DNA of 64,000 bases from Nostoc sp. DedSLP01 (lineage in GTDB: Bacteria; Cyanobacteriota; Cyanobacteriia; Cyanobacteriales; Nostocaceae): assembly GCA_034530875.2 (NCBI GenBank), contig JAVRCJ020000003.1:288001-352000 (forward strand). The letters run 5' to 3'. The position numbers and the translations under genes are program-made. This document shows positions 9,899-19,422 of this stretch, one piece after another (within the stretch, counting starts at the first letter, position 1; every line of letters starts with the position of its first letter). The notes under the pieces are model-generated. The model was given only the letters and a program-made list of their open reading frames with translations, was not told the DNA's origin and did not search any database.

Positions 9899-11158
9899 TT
9901 AGCGTTTTGCCAATTCTGGAGTCCGTCCCTTCAAACCGATCATCAGCTTGAGCATAAATACCTTTAACATCGGTACTCGTTGCAATAACCATAAACCCAA
10001 GCGACGAAGGAAAACTACAGGTAAGAAATTATTAGAAAACATCCGATCTAACAAATCGGTGAAACCTAAAATCGTTAGGTTTTCCAACTTGCGCCAACGT
10101 TCGTAACGTTTAAGAATCTGAATCTCTCCAATATCTTTACCTGCTTTGTGGGCTGCTTGGATTACTTGCGCCAAAGCCGCTGCATCGCGAATACCCAAGT
10201 TTAAACCTTGTCCGCCGACGGGATGACAGTTGTGTGCAGCATCGCCAATTAATGCTAGTCGAGGAAGAACATAGCGATCGCTTTGCATGAGTTGTACCTG
10301 AAAAATAAAGCGATCGCCTAGTAGTTCCAATTTACCCATCCCATCGCCATAGCGACGGGTTAATTCTCCTAAAAATTGCTCATCATCTAAAGCACACAAA
10401 GCTTTTGCTTCTTCGTGGGGGGCTGTCCAGACAATCCGGCAACGATTTCCTGGCAAAGGTAAAATCGCAAACGGGCCGCTAGACCAAAATCTTTCGTAAG
10501 CAGTGTTATTGTGGGGTTTCTCTGGTTTGACAAATGCAACGATGCAAGACTGCCAATATTTCCAGCCAGAGGTTTTAATACCAGCAGCTTGACGAATCGG
10601 CGATCGCGATCCATCTGCGGCTACGAGTAATTTACTCTTAACTGTTCGTACTTCGCCAGCAACTTTAATATCTATCGCTACAAAATCACGTTGGTATTGC
10701 GTGTTTACCACCTCAGCCGGACACAGATAAGTCACATTTGGGCATTCTCGAACAAACTCCTGCAACGGTTCCAACAGTGCTTGGTGTTCCGCCACATAAC
10801 CCAACTCTGGCGTACCTATATCATCTGTGACAAATTCCACCACATCAGGATGATCGGCATCAGAAAGGCGAACCCGGCAATATTTGGCAATTTGAGGCAA
10901 CATTTTGTCCCAAACTCCAATTCCTTGGTAAATTAGCGACGAAAGCATGTGAACTGCATAAGCTTGACCCTTGGCTACAGCTGCCGATGCGACTTTTGCC
11001 TCAATTAGCAGCACACTCAAGCCAGAATCTTTTAAGGCGGAGGCTAAAGTTAACCCAACAATTCCACCGCCTACAATTACCAAATCGTATTCGTATCCCC
11101 GTTTGTCTGATGGTGTTTGGGGAGAGTAAAGAGTTTGATTAAGCTCTGCTAACGCCAT
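9899..11158 (-). CDS. FAD-dependent hydroxylase, UbiH/UbiF/VisC family
   Basis: GGGIVG, VAADG, GDAAHNCHPVGGQGLNLG. Confidence 0.92.
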   Translation of the reverse strand: MALAELNQTLYSPQTPSDKRGYEYDLVIVGGGIVGLTLASALKDSGLSVLLIEAKVASAAVAKGQAYAVHMLSSLIYQGIGVWDKMLPQIAKYCRVRLSDADHPDVVEFVTDDIGTPELGYVAEHQALLEPLQEFVRECPNVTYLCPAEVVNTQYQRDFVAIDIKVAGEVRTVKSKLLVAADGSRSPIRQAAGIKTSGWKYWQSCIVAFVKPEKPHNNTAYERFWSSGPFAILPLPGNRCRIVWTAPHEEAKALCALDDEQFLGELTRRYGDGMGKLELLGDRFIFQVQLMQSDRYVLPRLALIGDAAHNCHPVGGQGLNLGIRDAAALAQVIQAAHKAGKDIGEIQILKRYERWRKLENLTILGFTDLLDRMFSNNFLPVVFLRRLGLWLLQRVPMLKVFMLKLMIGLKGRTPELAKR

Positions 11159-11277
11159 TGTGAAGATAAATTACAGCATCTTAACTCTTATTTTGACGCG
11201 ATCGCGCCTTTTTGAGCAAGTCGGCCAAAATTCGGGTGTAGGGGGTAAACTATCCCAGATGCATAACCAAACCATTT

Positions 11278-11301
11278 GTAGAGACGCGATTCATCGCGTC
11301 T
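11278..11301. repeat. Small dispersed palindromic repeat (gtagagacgcgat-NN-atcgcgtct family)
   Basis: Related copies at ~44383-44407, 45300-45327 and 56471-56498; partial copies near 45370-45395 and 2261-2276. Confidence 0.85.
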
Positions 11302-11565
11302 TCATCCAAAGATGTGTTTTTAGCAAACCTCTGCGTGACGGCAGTCGCTACAACGGGGGGAACCCCCGCAAAGCGCTGCCTCACCTTTGCGTTAAAAAAG
11401 TTAGGATTTGGTGCAGCTTCACATAGAAGTGGTGTGACTGCTTTGTAATCTGCTCTATTTTGAAAATGTCACCAGAGACTTAGAGTAATTCTTCAGTTAG
11501 ATATACACCAATTGATGGCTTCATTAGTTAGCTTGAAATAAGCAAGTTTCAAAGGTCAAATAAAG

Positions 11566-11742
11566 ATGAATAGGACACTACTATCGATTTTAATGTTTGC
11601 ATTCTTACTTTTATTTATCATCTCTCCCTTTGCTGCCCTTGCTAGCTTAATGCTAGTGTTGTTAGTTGGAGCATTTTTATTTCTAGCAGGAAATATATTT
11701 CAAGTAATTATTGGTGGCAATCCCGATACTAAGAAATTATAA
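11566..11742 (+). CDS. Small 58-aa hydrophobic membrane protein (not in ORF track)
   Basis: MNRTLLSILMFAFLLLFIISPFAALASLMLVLLVGAFLFLAGNIFQVIIGGNPDTKKL; two hydrophobic segments; hairpin downstream. Confidence 0.65.
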   Translation: MNRTLLSILMFAFLLLFIISPFAALASLMLVLLVGAFLFLAGNIFQVIIGGNPDTKKL

Positions 11743-11786
11743 AATTAAAGCACAATTCAAAATTTATAATTAATAAACATTGAAAA

Positions 11787-11818
11787 GACCCGCTGATTGC
11801 TAGAGATGACAGCGGGCT
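11787..11818. terminator. Hairpin between convergent small genes
   Basis: cccgctg...cagcggg. Confidence 0.5.
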
Positions 11819-11903
11819 TAGATAAATAATTCAATCCTGATTGGAGCAAAACGAAGACAAAATTAATTACAGACCTACTACAGATTTTTGCAGTTAATAC
11901 TAA

Positions 11904-12080
11904 CTATTTATGAGCTTTGTTGGCTAGATGATGCTTGTGGTGTTTGTAATGTTTGTGATGAAGTTTAGTAGTTTTTGTCTTCGGATGACTAATAGTTTCA
12001 GCTTGAACAGCAGGTACAGAAATGGCTACAGGTGCAGCAAATATTAAAGCCAAAATGAAAGCTTTAGTCAAGTTATTCAC
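11904..12080 (-). CDS. Small secreted His/Lys-rich peptide
   Basis: GTG at 12080 preceded by GAGGAA; signal peptide ending VQA; mature ETISHPKTKTTKLHHKHYKHHKHHLANKAHK. Confidence 0.75.
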   Translation of the reverse strand: MNNLTKAFILALIFAAPVAISVPAVQAETISHPKTKTTKLHHKHYKHHKHHLANKAHK

Positions 12081-12127
12081 TTGAAATTCCTCATCAATTA
12101 TTGAACAGTACAACTATCTAATAGGTG

Positions 12128-12244
12128 TATGTCAGTCGGTTGTAATTGATGTGAATCTTTCATGTCTGTTTTGAAGAGTTTTTGTTATGTCAATTGGTTG
12201 TAATTGATGTGAACTTTTTATGTCTATTTTGAGGGATTCTTGTT
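12128..12244. repeat. Imperfect ~58-bp tandem duplication upstream of the His-rich peptide gene
   Basis: tatgtcagtcggttgtaattgatgtgaatctttcatgtctgttttga vs tatgtcaattggttgtaattgatgtgaactttttatgtctattttga. Confidence 0.85.
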
Positions 12245-13001
12245 AAGAAATGCTGAGAGTCATCAACTCTTCTGCAACTTCAAAGTTAGATGTAACATTT
12301 TGCACATCATCTAAGCCTTCTAAAGTATCAATTAATTTGAAAAGCGATCGCGCCTGTTCGGAATCGGTAACTTCTACACTATTACTAGGAACCCAGCGCA
12401 ATTCAACATCAGTGACTTTAAAGCCTTTATCCTTAAGTGTTTGACTGAGGGTTTCTAAATTTTCGATCGCGCTAAATACCTCAGCCATCTCGTCTTCAGT
12501 CATTTCATAAGACTCGGCACCACCTTCTAGAGATGCTTCTAAAAGCTGTTCCTCATCAACTACACCCTGAACAACACAAACGCCTTTTTGATCAAACATC
12601 CAACTAACGCAACCTGTTTCCCCTAAATTCCCGCCGTTTTTACTAAAAGCTGCACGCAAATCAGCAGCTGTGCGATTGCGATTATCTGTGAGGGCTTCAA
12701 TCAAGATTGCCACACCACCGGGGCCGTAACCTTCATAGCGAATAGCTTCAAAATTGGCACTATCTGCACCAAAAGTACCTGCACCTTTAGCGATCGCCCG
12801 TTCGATATTATCATTAGGGATACTTGCTGCTTTTGCCTTGTCGATCGCTGTACGAAGTTGAAAATTCAGCGCCGGATCTGGTACGCCACTTCTGGCCGCA
12901 ACAATAATTGCTCTCGATAACTGAGTGAAGGTTTTTCCCTTTTTTGCATCTACTACCGCCTTCTGACGCTTAATATTTGCCCATTTACTATGTCCTGCCA
13001 T
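12243..13001 (-). CDS. yebC: YebC/PmpR family protein
   Basis: MAGHSKWANIK, YEGYGPGG, TDNRNRT. Confidence 0.97.
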   Translation of the reverse strand: MAGHSKWANIKRQKAVVDAKKGKTFTQLSRAIIVAARSGVPDPALNFQLRTAIDKAKAASIPNDNIERAIAKGAGTFGADSANFEAIRYEGYGPGGVAILIEALTDNRNRTAADLRAAFSKNGGNLGETGCVSWMFDQKGVCVVQGVVDEEQLLEASLEGGAESYEMTEDEMAEVFSAIENLETLSQTLKDKGFKVTDVELRWVPSNSVEVTDSEQARSLFKLIDTLEGLDDVQNVTSNFEVAEELMTLSIS

Positions 13002-13172
13002 AACCTGAAATTATCAAAACTCTACTCAAAGATTAGGATATACCCAGCTTTCACTCACATGCAAAGGTGCATTTGCTAAAAGTGATTAGTAAAGATGCAC
13101 CAACAAGGGAAAATAAAGGAATAAGAGAGAATAATCAATAACTAATGACCAATGACTAATGACTAATAACTA

Positions 13173-14510
13173 ATGACCAATAATAAACGCCGTACCAAGC
13201 GAAAAAGAAAGAAACTGTCACAGCAGTTGAGGAACTTGCTGCTGATATTATTGGCGGGGATAGCAGTCTTAGCTGGATGTCAAGGTATTTTACCTCGTAT
13301 TAGAGGAGATAATGTAATTCATTTAACTTTGTGGCACGGGGTAAATCCGCCACCAAATCGCGATGTGCTGCAAAAGCTGGTAGACAAATTCAATCAATCT
13401 CACCCGCATATTCAGGTAGAGTCGCTTTATGTCGGACAACAGGATCAGCAAACGCCTAAGATTTTAGCAGCGGTTGTCGGAAATGCACCTCCGGATTTGT
13501 TATGGTACAATCCGACGATCGCAGGTCAATTGGTAGAACTGGGGGCGCTTTTACCTTTGGATGAAATGCTGGAAAAATCTCCAATTAAAGCTGAAATTGA
13601 CCCCACTTTGTATGACTCAATGAAATACAACGGTAAGATTTGGTCTGTGCCGTTTGCTACGAATAATGTGGGTATTTTTTATCGCCCAAGTTTGTTTAAA
13701 GCAGCGGGAATTACAGAATTACCCCGCACTTGGCAGGAGTTTGCACAAGTTGCCAAGAAATTGACTCGCGATACCAATGGCGATGGGCGAACGGATCGAT
13801 ATGGTATGTCTCTGCCTTTGGGGAAAGGAGAATTTACCGTGTTTACTTGGCTACCGTTTATGTGGAGTAGCGGCGGCGAATTGGTGAATGGTAATTCACA
13901 AAATGCGGCAGCCGTCGATTTGCAAGATAATCGAGGAGCGATCGCAGCTTTGCAATTCTGGCGTAATTTAATTACTGAAGGTTCTGCTATTTTATCTGGC
14001 CCCGAACGCGGTTATGAGACAGATGACTTACTTAACGGTAAAGTTGCAATGCAATTAAACGGGCCGTGGAATCTCGGGCAATTTCAAACCACTGGCATCG
14101 ATTTTGATGTTTTTCCGATTCCCGTTGCACAGAAGCCTGCTACTGTTATTGGTGGTGAAAATTTGTTCTTTTTCAAAACAAAACCAGAGCGAGAAAAAGC
14201 AGCTTTTAAGTTTGTCGAGTATGCTCTAAGTGAAGAATTTCAGACAGAATTAGCACTGGGAACTGGCTATTTACCAGTGAATTTAAAGTCTCGTCAAAAT
14301 CCGAAATATCAAGAATTTATCAAGAAAACTCCCCAAGTTCAAGTATTTTTAGACCAAGCAAAATACGGGCGATCGCGTCCAATATTTCCTGGTTACAATC
14401 GAATTTCTGACAGCTTAGGACGGGCAATTGAATCTGTGCTACTGGGTAAAGATTCGCCAACCAAAGCGCTCGAAGAAACACAGCAGCGTTTAGATTTAAT
14501 TTTTGAATAA
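13173..14510 (+). CDS. ABC transporter substrate-binding lipoprotein (sugar-type); start uncertain, overlaps a gactaat STRR
   Basis: Lipobox LAGC, PPDL, GKVAM..GPW; extracellular solute-binding family 1 pattern. Confidence 0.9.
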   Translation: MTNNKRRTKRKRKKLSQQLRNLLLILLAGIAVLAGCQGILPRIRGDNVIHLTLWHGVNPPPNRDVLQKLVDKFNQSHPHIQVESLYVGQQDQQTPKILAAVVGNAPPDLLWYNPTIAGQLVELGALLPLDEMLEKSPIKAEIDPTLYDSMKYNGKIWSVPFATNNVGIFYRPSLFKAAGITELPRTWQEFAQVAKKLTRDTNGDGRTDRYGMSLPLGKGEFTVFTWLPFMWSSGGELVNGNSQNAAAVDLQDNRGAIAALQFWRNLITEGSAILSGPERGYETDDLLNGKVAMQLNGPWNLGQFQTTGIDFDVFPIPVAQKPATVIGGENLFFFKTKPEREKAAFKFVEYALSEEFQTELALGTGYLPVNLKSRQNPKYQEFIKKTPQVQVFLDQAKYGRSRPIFPGYNRISDSLGRAIESVLLGKDSPTKALEETQQRLDLIFE

Positions 14511-14800
14511 CCAAGACGCTGGAAAAAACACAGTTGCTAATATAGAATTCATATTTGATTTATAAAAAAATTTTTTAACTGGTCGCTGTTCGTTGTTAAG
14601 AGTTATACAAATTTGCAAAAATAATGCGACAGATACATACTTCCAAACCCTTGTTATGTCTGGTTTTATTAATCCGTGAATGCATGAATTTTGAGTTTGT
14701 ATAGCTTTAATCAAATACAACAGGTTGCGACTAAATGAGGTACACAACTGGAGAATTAAATATAGAAATTCTTCTACCTCCTGCCTCCTGCCCTCTGCCG

Positions 14801-14896
14801 ACGCTCGCGGACTTGCTCTAAGCGTTCGCGTAGCGTCTCGTAGAGAAGCCATGCCGTTGGCAAAGCCTCTCGTAGAGAAGGCTTTACGCTGCGCTA
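14801..14896. repeat. Composite small dispersed repeat inside a cctgcct STRR array
   Basis: 14827-14896 is identical to 50899-50968 (70 bp). Confidence 0.9.
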
Positions 14897-14920
14897 TCCT
14901 GCCTCCTGCCTCCTCCTATA

Positions 14921-17900
14921 TTACATTTTCTCGTTATCGATTCCTGGGGAATTGTAATTTCTGAATTGGTATTTTTCGAGTAATTCCTTAACTTGAGTAG
15001 CTACCAGGGGATGCGGATCGTTTTGTAGTTGGGGTAGGATTTGGAAGAGGACGCGTTGTGAAACGATATTCAAATATGCGATCGCTGCTTCTCGAACAAA
15101 ACCAGTTGGATGGCGCAAACTAGCTAAAATCTCAGCACTTGTCAGTCGAATCCGAGCAATTTGAGCAAAATGAAAACAGCAAGCCAGACACCAGTCAGAA
15201 AGTAAATTACCCAACATCAGCAATCTGTGGAGGCGATCGCTAACTAACATATTTTCATATTCCACGAGCTTTGCTTCTACTAAATGTTGTAATTTTTCTT
15301 GCTCGGTTCGTTTATCTAAAATATTCAGCAATAGAGATTTAGAAGACAAAGTTATGGTATGTTCTAAGATTTCTAAGCCCCGCGCTAAATTTACCAATGA
15401 GAGCGATCGCAAATTAAAAGCTGCTGCTTGCATCTTTTCTGGGGAGTAAAGCAGCCTCAGTAGAAGTAACAATCGTTCCTTGATATCTAATTCTAATTCT
15501 TCGAGCGAGCGTAGCAATAGTTGCGAGACAATCAAAATCCTCTCATTTGCTTGATAATCTTCTTGTTTGTCTAAATTTTGAAAGTCTATATAAGCAGCGT
15601 AAATTTCACCTAAAAAATGTAATTCCTGATAAATTAAATTTTCTACCCGACTTTCATAAAATCTATCTCCGAAACATGTAATTCCTGGTTTTTTGTGTAT
15701 TTTAAGCAAACTGTGAAGAATATGATCCCTTGTAGTACCCCAAGAGATTTCTAAATTTTCCCATAAAGCTTCTATTGCTTCATGAGTGCTAATTTGAGCA
15801 ATAGTACGCCAAGCATACATCCGCACAACTTCTGGTTTGTAAATATTTTTAGCCAACTGCAAAAGCATCTCTAGGGCTTCGTTTTCCAACCGCACAAGGG
15901 CTAACATTGCTGTGCTACGGGTTGATTTGTAGTAAAGTGCGGCAATCAGGGCTGAATAGTAATCTTCTAAATGGGTTGCTGCAATCATTTCCAATACGGC
16001 ACAGCGTACCCGTAACGATTCATCTTGCAACAAATTGGGAATGTGAATTCGCAAAGCCTGTAAATAAACCGCTTCTCGAAGGGCTTTGACTCCATTTATT
16101 CGTTCTCGTTCTTGCTTATGAGTCAACATCCGGCGCATGGTTTTGGTGGCTGCTACCTTTTGTATGGGGGTTCCTTGGCGTAAAACTAAAGCAGCGGCGG
16201 TGGCGCGGATGAGTGAATTGTGCCGGGAGTGTAAGTATTCTTCGAGGAGGCTTAGATTGGGATTTGGTTCAGCAAGCCAAATGTAGCGCAGGGCTAGAGC
16301 AAAAACTTCAGGGTTAGTTTCTTGGGGATTTTCTAACAAAGGACGGATAGCGGATACATAAGCGGGATTTGCACCTCCCATCAGCATCACTTCCAAACTT
16401 TGACACTGCAAATCTGGGGTTAACTTGACTAATAAAGGTGCTAATACTTCCGATGCTCCTTGGGAATCAATTTGCGCTAAAAGTTCGATACACGAGCGTT
16501 TATCTGCGTTGTTGCCTTTTTCAGCCAAAGCTTTGACTACACCCTGCTTGAAGAATTTTAGACCTACGTTCGCCGCACTCAGTTGACCCCGTGCCACACT
16601 TAAAACTAACAAATCAACATAACGCGATCGCAATTCCCAAACTACTTTTAAACAAGTACCAGCTATCAGCATTGTTTCTGCTACTAACACCCATTTTTGC
16701 AGAGGCCCAGGTACATATCGTCCGCAGAATAATAAACTGACAAAAATTACTATTCCTGTCAACCCTGTGGCGATCGCTTCGGCAGTTCCGCCAGATAAAG
16801 TTTGCATCCGGCTGCGAATTCCCTCGGGAATCGGTTGATATAATATCGGCCCGCTACTCATTACAAAGGTGTAGCGCAGCAGTTCATCAAAAAATTTGAC
16901 AATTACTAGACCCCAGAAAAAGCTTTGCGATTGGATGCCGGGAAATAAGTGCAAAAATAGCAGTACGCCTGGTAGCATAAAGCCGACGACGATTGGTAAA
17001 AGTGTGGCAGTGAAAAATACTCCCATCCGTTCAATCAGTCGGCTAGAAATAAACCACTGAATTAATAACTCACACAATCCCAACATGCCACCAAATAAAC
17101 CCAAGAAACTAGCGAGTTCTCGGTCGTCTAAAGTCGATTGTAGTTCCCGCAGATATTGAAAATCTACTAACAATCCAATAACCTGCAACAAGCCCACAAA
17201 AGCAAATAACTGCCAAACATATCGCTTCAAAGGACTGATGAGAAAACGCTGTCGGGAAGTTTGTTCTTCAGGAATTATGATTTGTGGAGTTTCAGGAAAA
17301 GCTGCTCGATACTGATGAGTTAAATAAAATAAAATTACCGATCCCAATAAAATCACCGCACAAGCGATGAGGATCACCTTATTTAATCTCGCGTACTGCA
17401 CTAACCAAGGCAAACTAAAACCACTGATGACATCTGCCACCAACAGACCGCTACTGACTAATGGATAAGTGCGCTTAATTTCTCGAATGTTAAATATTTG
17501 GTTGGCAACAATGGAACTAGTGAGGTCATTAACGACATAAAGTGCATCTACCCACAGCCGTAGCAGAAATACCAGAATAACTCCCACGTAGGAAATATTG
17601 ATTCCCCAACGTAATAAAACTAACAAAATTAATGGCGTCACCATACAAGGTGCGATCGCCACAATCACCTGGCGTAAAGGAAAAATCTTTTGTAGCCAAG
17701 AATATAAAAAAACCAGCCCTGTACTCGTTACAGCACTGGCAATATACATCCAAGGTAGTAGATTAGTCTCATATTCGCCCAAAAACAGCGCCACTGTACT
17801 GTCTTCGGCCCACCGCAATCCTACAGATACAATGGTGTAAAATACGAACATCATTTGAGTGCGTTCGCTTTCCTCCGGTCGGAGATTCACCCACTGTAGC

Positions 17901-17953
17901 AATCGTGGAAAAGCAACTCTATTTACAGCCAACCAGTGATTTTTCAGTTCCAT
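14921..17953 (-). CDS. MFS-like (NTT/TLC-type) transporter domain fused to HEAT repeats
   Basis: Many TM segments in first ~440 aa; HEAT-like repeats (LLQDESLRVRCA, LRHPTGFVREAA, LQNDPHPLV). Confidence 0.8.
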   Translation of the reverse strand: MELKNHWLAVNRVAFPRLLQWVNLRPEESERTQMMFVFYTIVSVGLRWAEDSTVALFLGEYETNLLPWMYIASAVTSTGLVFLYSWLQKIFPLRQVIVAIAPCMVTPLILLVLLRWGINISYVGVILVFLLRLWVDALYVVNDLTSSIVANQIFNIREIKRTYPLVSSGLLVADVISGFSLPWLVQYARLNKVILIACAVILLGSVILFYLTHQYRAAFPETPQIIIPEEQTSRQRFLISPLKRYVWQLFAFVGLLQVIGLLVDFQYLRELQSTLDDRELASFLGLFGGMLGLCELLIQWFISSRLIERMGVFFTATLLPIVVGFMLPGVLLFLHLFPGIQSQSFFWGLVIVKFFDELLRYTFVMSSGPILYQPIPEGIRSRMQTLSGGTAEAIATGLTGIVIFVSLLFCGRYVPGPLQKWVLVAETMLIAGTCLKVVWELRSRYVDLLVLSVARGQLSAANVGLKFFKQGVVKALAEKGNNADKRSCIELLAQIDSQGASEVLAPLLVKLTPDLQCQSLEVMLMGGANPAYVSAIRPLLENPQETNPEVFALALRYIWLAEPNPNLSLLEEYLHSRHNSLIRATAAALVLRQGTPIQKVAATKTMRRMLTHKQERERINGVKALREAVYLQALRIHIPNLLQDESLRVRCAVLEMIAATHLEDYYSALIAALYYKSTRSTAMLALVRLENEALEMLLQLAKNIYKPEVVRMYAWRTIAQISTHEAIEALWENLEISWGTTRDHILHSLLKIHKKPGITCFGDRFYESRVENLIYQELHFLGEIYAAYIDFQNLDKQEDYQANERILIVSQLLLRSLEELELDIKERLLLLLRLLYSPEKMQAAAFNLRSLSLVNLARGLEILEHTITLSSKSLLLNILDKRTEQEKLQHLVEAKLVEYENMLVSDRLHRLLMLGNLLSDWCLACCFHFAQIARIRLTSAEILASLRHPTGFVREAAIAYLNIVSQRVLFQILPQLQNDPHPLVATQVKELLEKYQFRNYNSPGIDNEKM

Positions 17954-18329
17954 GCAATTTTAGTTTCTGGTAGTATCACCGCGTAATGGGCATTGGGCAT
18001 GGGAGGTATAGGAGGATGTGGAAGAAATCTTTCCCTTTTCTCTTCCCACACTCCCCATCTCCCCATCCCCTAGACATCACAAAAGTCCTGAGCGACTGAG
18101 TATTATCTTTCCCACTCAGCCTTCAGGACTATCGATTTGAGATAAATTTATACAACCTGATACTATCGGTCAAAATATTTGCAAGATATAAATCAATACA
18201 CTTGGGTTAAGAAAGTCTCTGGTGAAGAAAAGGGAGCAAAGGAAGCAGGGGAGAAAGGAGGAAAGATTTCTTCCCCATCCTCCCATGCCCATGCCCATAC
18301 CCAATGCCCCATGCCCCATGCCCCACAAT

Positions 18330-18367
18330 AAAAAAATCCCCTGGCTTCTAACCAAGGGATTTTTTTG
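18330..18367 (-). terminator. Rho-independent terminator of infC
   Basis: aaaaaaatccc...gggattttttt hairpin with T-tracts on both strands. Confidence 0.75.
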
Positions 18368-18387
18368 TCTATTGAAAAGTTAGAGGA

Positions 18388-18921
18388 TTATTTTTTGGGT
18401 GAGATGAGCATCATCATATTTCGCCCTTCTTTTTTAGGCGCTTGCTGAACCTCACCAAATGGCTCTAAATCCGTAGCCATTCGTTTGAGCAAATCTTCAG
18501 CGAGGTCACTGTGTTGAATTTCTCGACCCCGAAACATCACAGTAGCTTTGACTTTATCACCATCTTTCAAAAAGCGCTCTGCTTGCTTGACACGCACGTT
18601 GTAGTCGTGTTCTTCTATCTTGTAGCGCATCTTTACTTCTTTGACATCAGCCGTGTGCTGCTTTTTCCGGGCTTCCCGCGCCTTTTTTTCCTGTTCAAAC
18701 TTGTATTTCCCGTAGTCCATAATTCGACAAACTGGCGGGTCAGCTTTGTCACTGAGTAGCACTAAATCTAGTTCTTTCTCCTCTGCTAGTTGTAGTGCTT
18801 CTTGGGGGGGCATGATTCCCAATTGGCCGCCGTCAGTGTCAATGACCCGAATTTTCGGGAAGCGAATTCGTTCGTTAATTTGGGGCAGATCGCGAGTTCT
18901 TTTTTTCTCAATCACAGGCAT
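18388..18921 (-). CDS. infC: Translation initiation factor IF-3
   Basis: [32 protein letters not shown]. Confidence 0.98.
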   Translation of the reverse strand: MPVIEKKRTRDLPQINERIRFPKIRVIDTDGGQLGIMPPQEALQLAEEKELDLVLLSDKADPPVCRIMDYGKYKFEQEKKAREARKKQHTADVKEVKMRYKIEEHDYNVRVKQAERFLKDGDKVKATVMFRGREIQHSDLAEDLLKRMATDLEPFGEVQQAPKKEGRNMMMLISPKK

Positions 18922-19422
18922 TATGATTAGTGGGAGCTCTTAATGAAGGATTTGGTGTGGTTTTGACTAGTATGCCTCTGAGGCAAAATACTGAAATAAG
19001 TCAGGACTGAAAACATAAAGTCTACAGTTCTAGGGTAACTAATTCATGAAATAGTTGCGTCGTTGTATTTGCCATTCTACTCATTGTGAGAGAATTTCTG
19101 TGCATTAGTGAATCTAAATTACACATCTTTGTCAAATATGAAGTATTGTGAAAAATATTTCTCAATACTCTTAAAATGTCAGATTTAGCAGATAATCTCC
19201 ACAATAGCAAGATTATAGATGCAAACCATCCAACAAATGATAATGTAACACATCATCTTACATAAAGTAATGTAAGTAATATTTGTTATCAATAAATATT
19301 GTAAATTTACTTAGATAAATGGAATAGCTATATTTGAGAAGGTACAACAATTCTAGATGCAGCAGTAGGTGCATAGTATTGCTCGCTAGTGCCTATTTCC
19401 GCGTTAGCGATATTTTTAGTGG

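Noticed and set aside
11160..11426. 88-aa ORF divergent from the hydroxylase gene
   Set aside because: Runs through two dispersed repeats and starts directly at the neighbour's start codon; likely spurious
12128..12244. Possible mini CRISPR array
   Set aside because: Only two adjacent copies, no spacer, no cas genes
14496..14964. ORFs 14496-14852 and 14725-14964
   Set aside because: Composed largely of dispersed-repeat and STRR sequence; no protein-like signature
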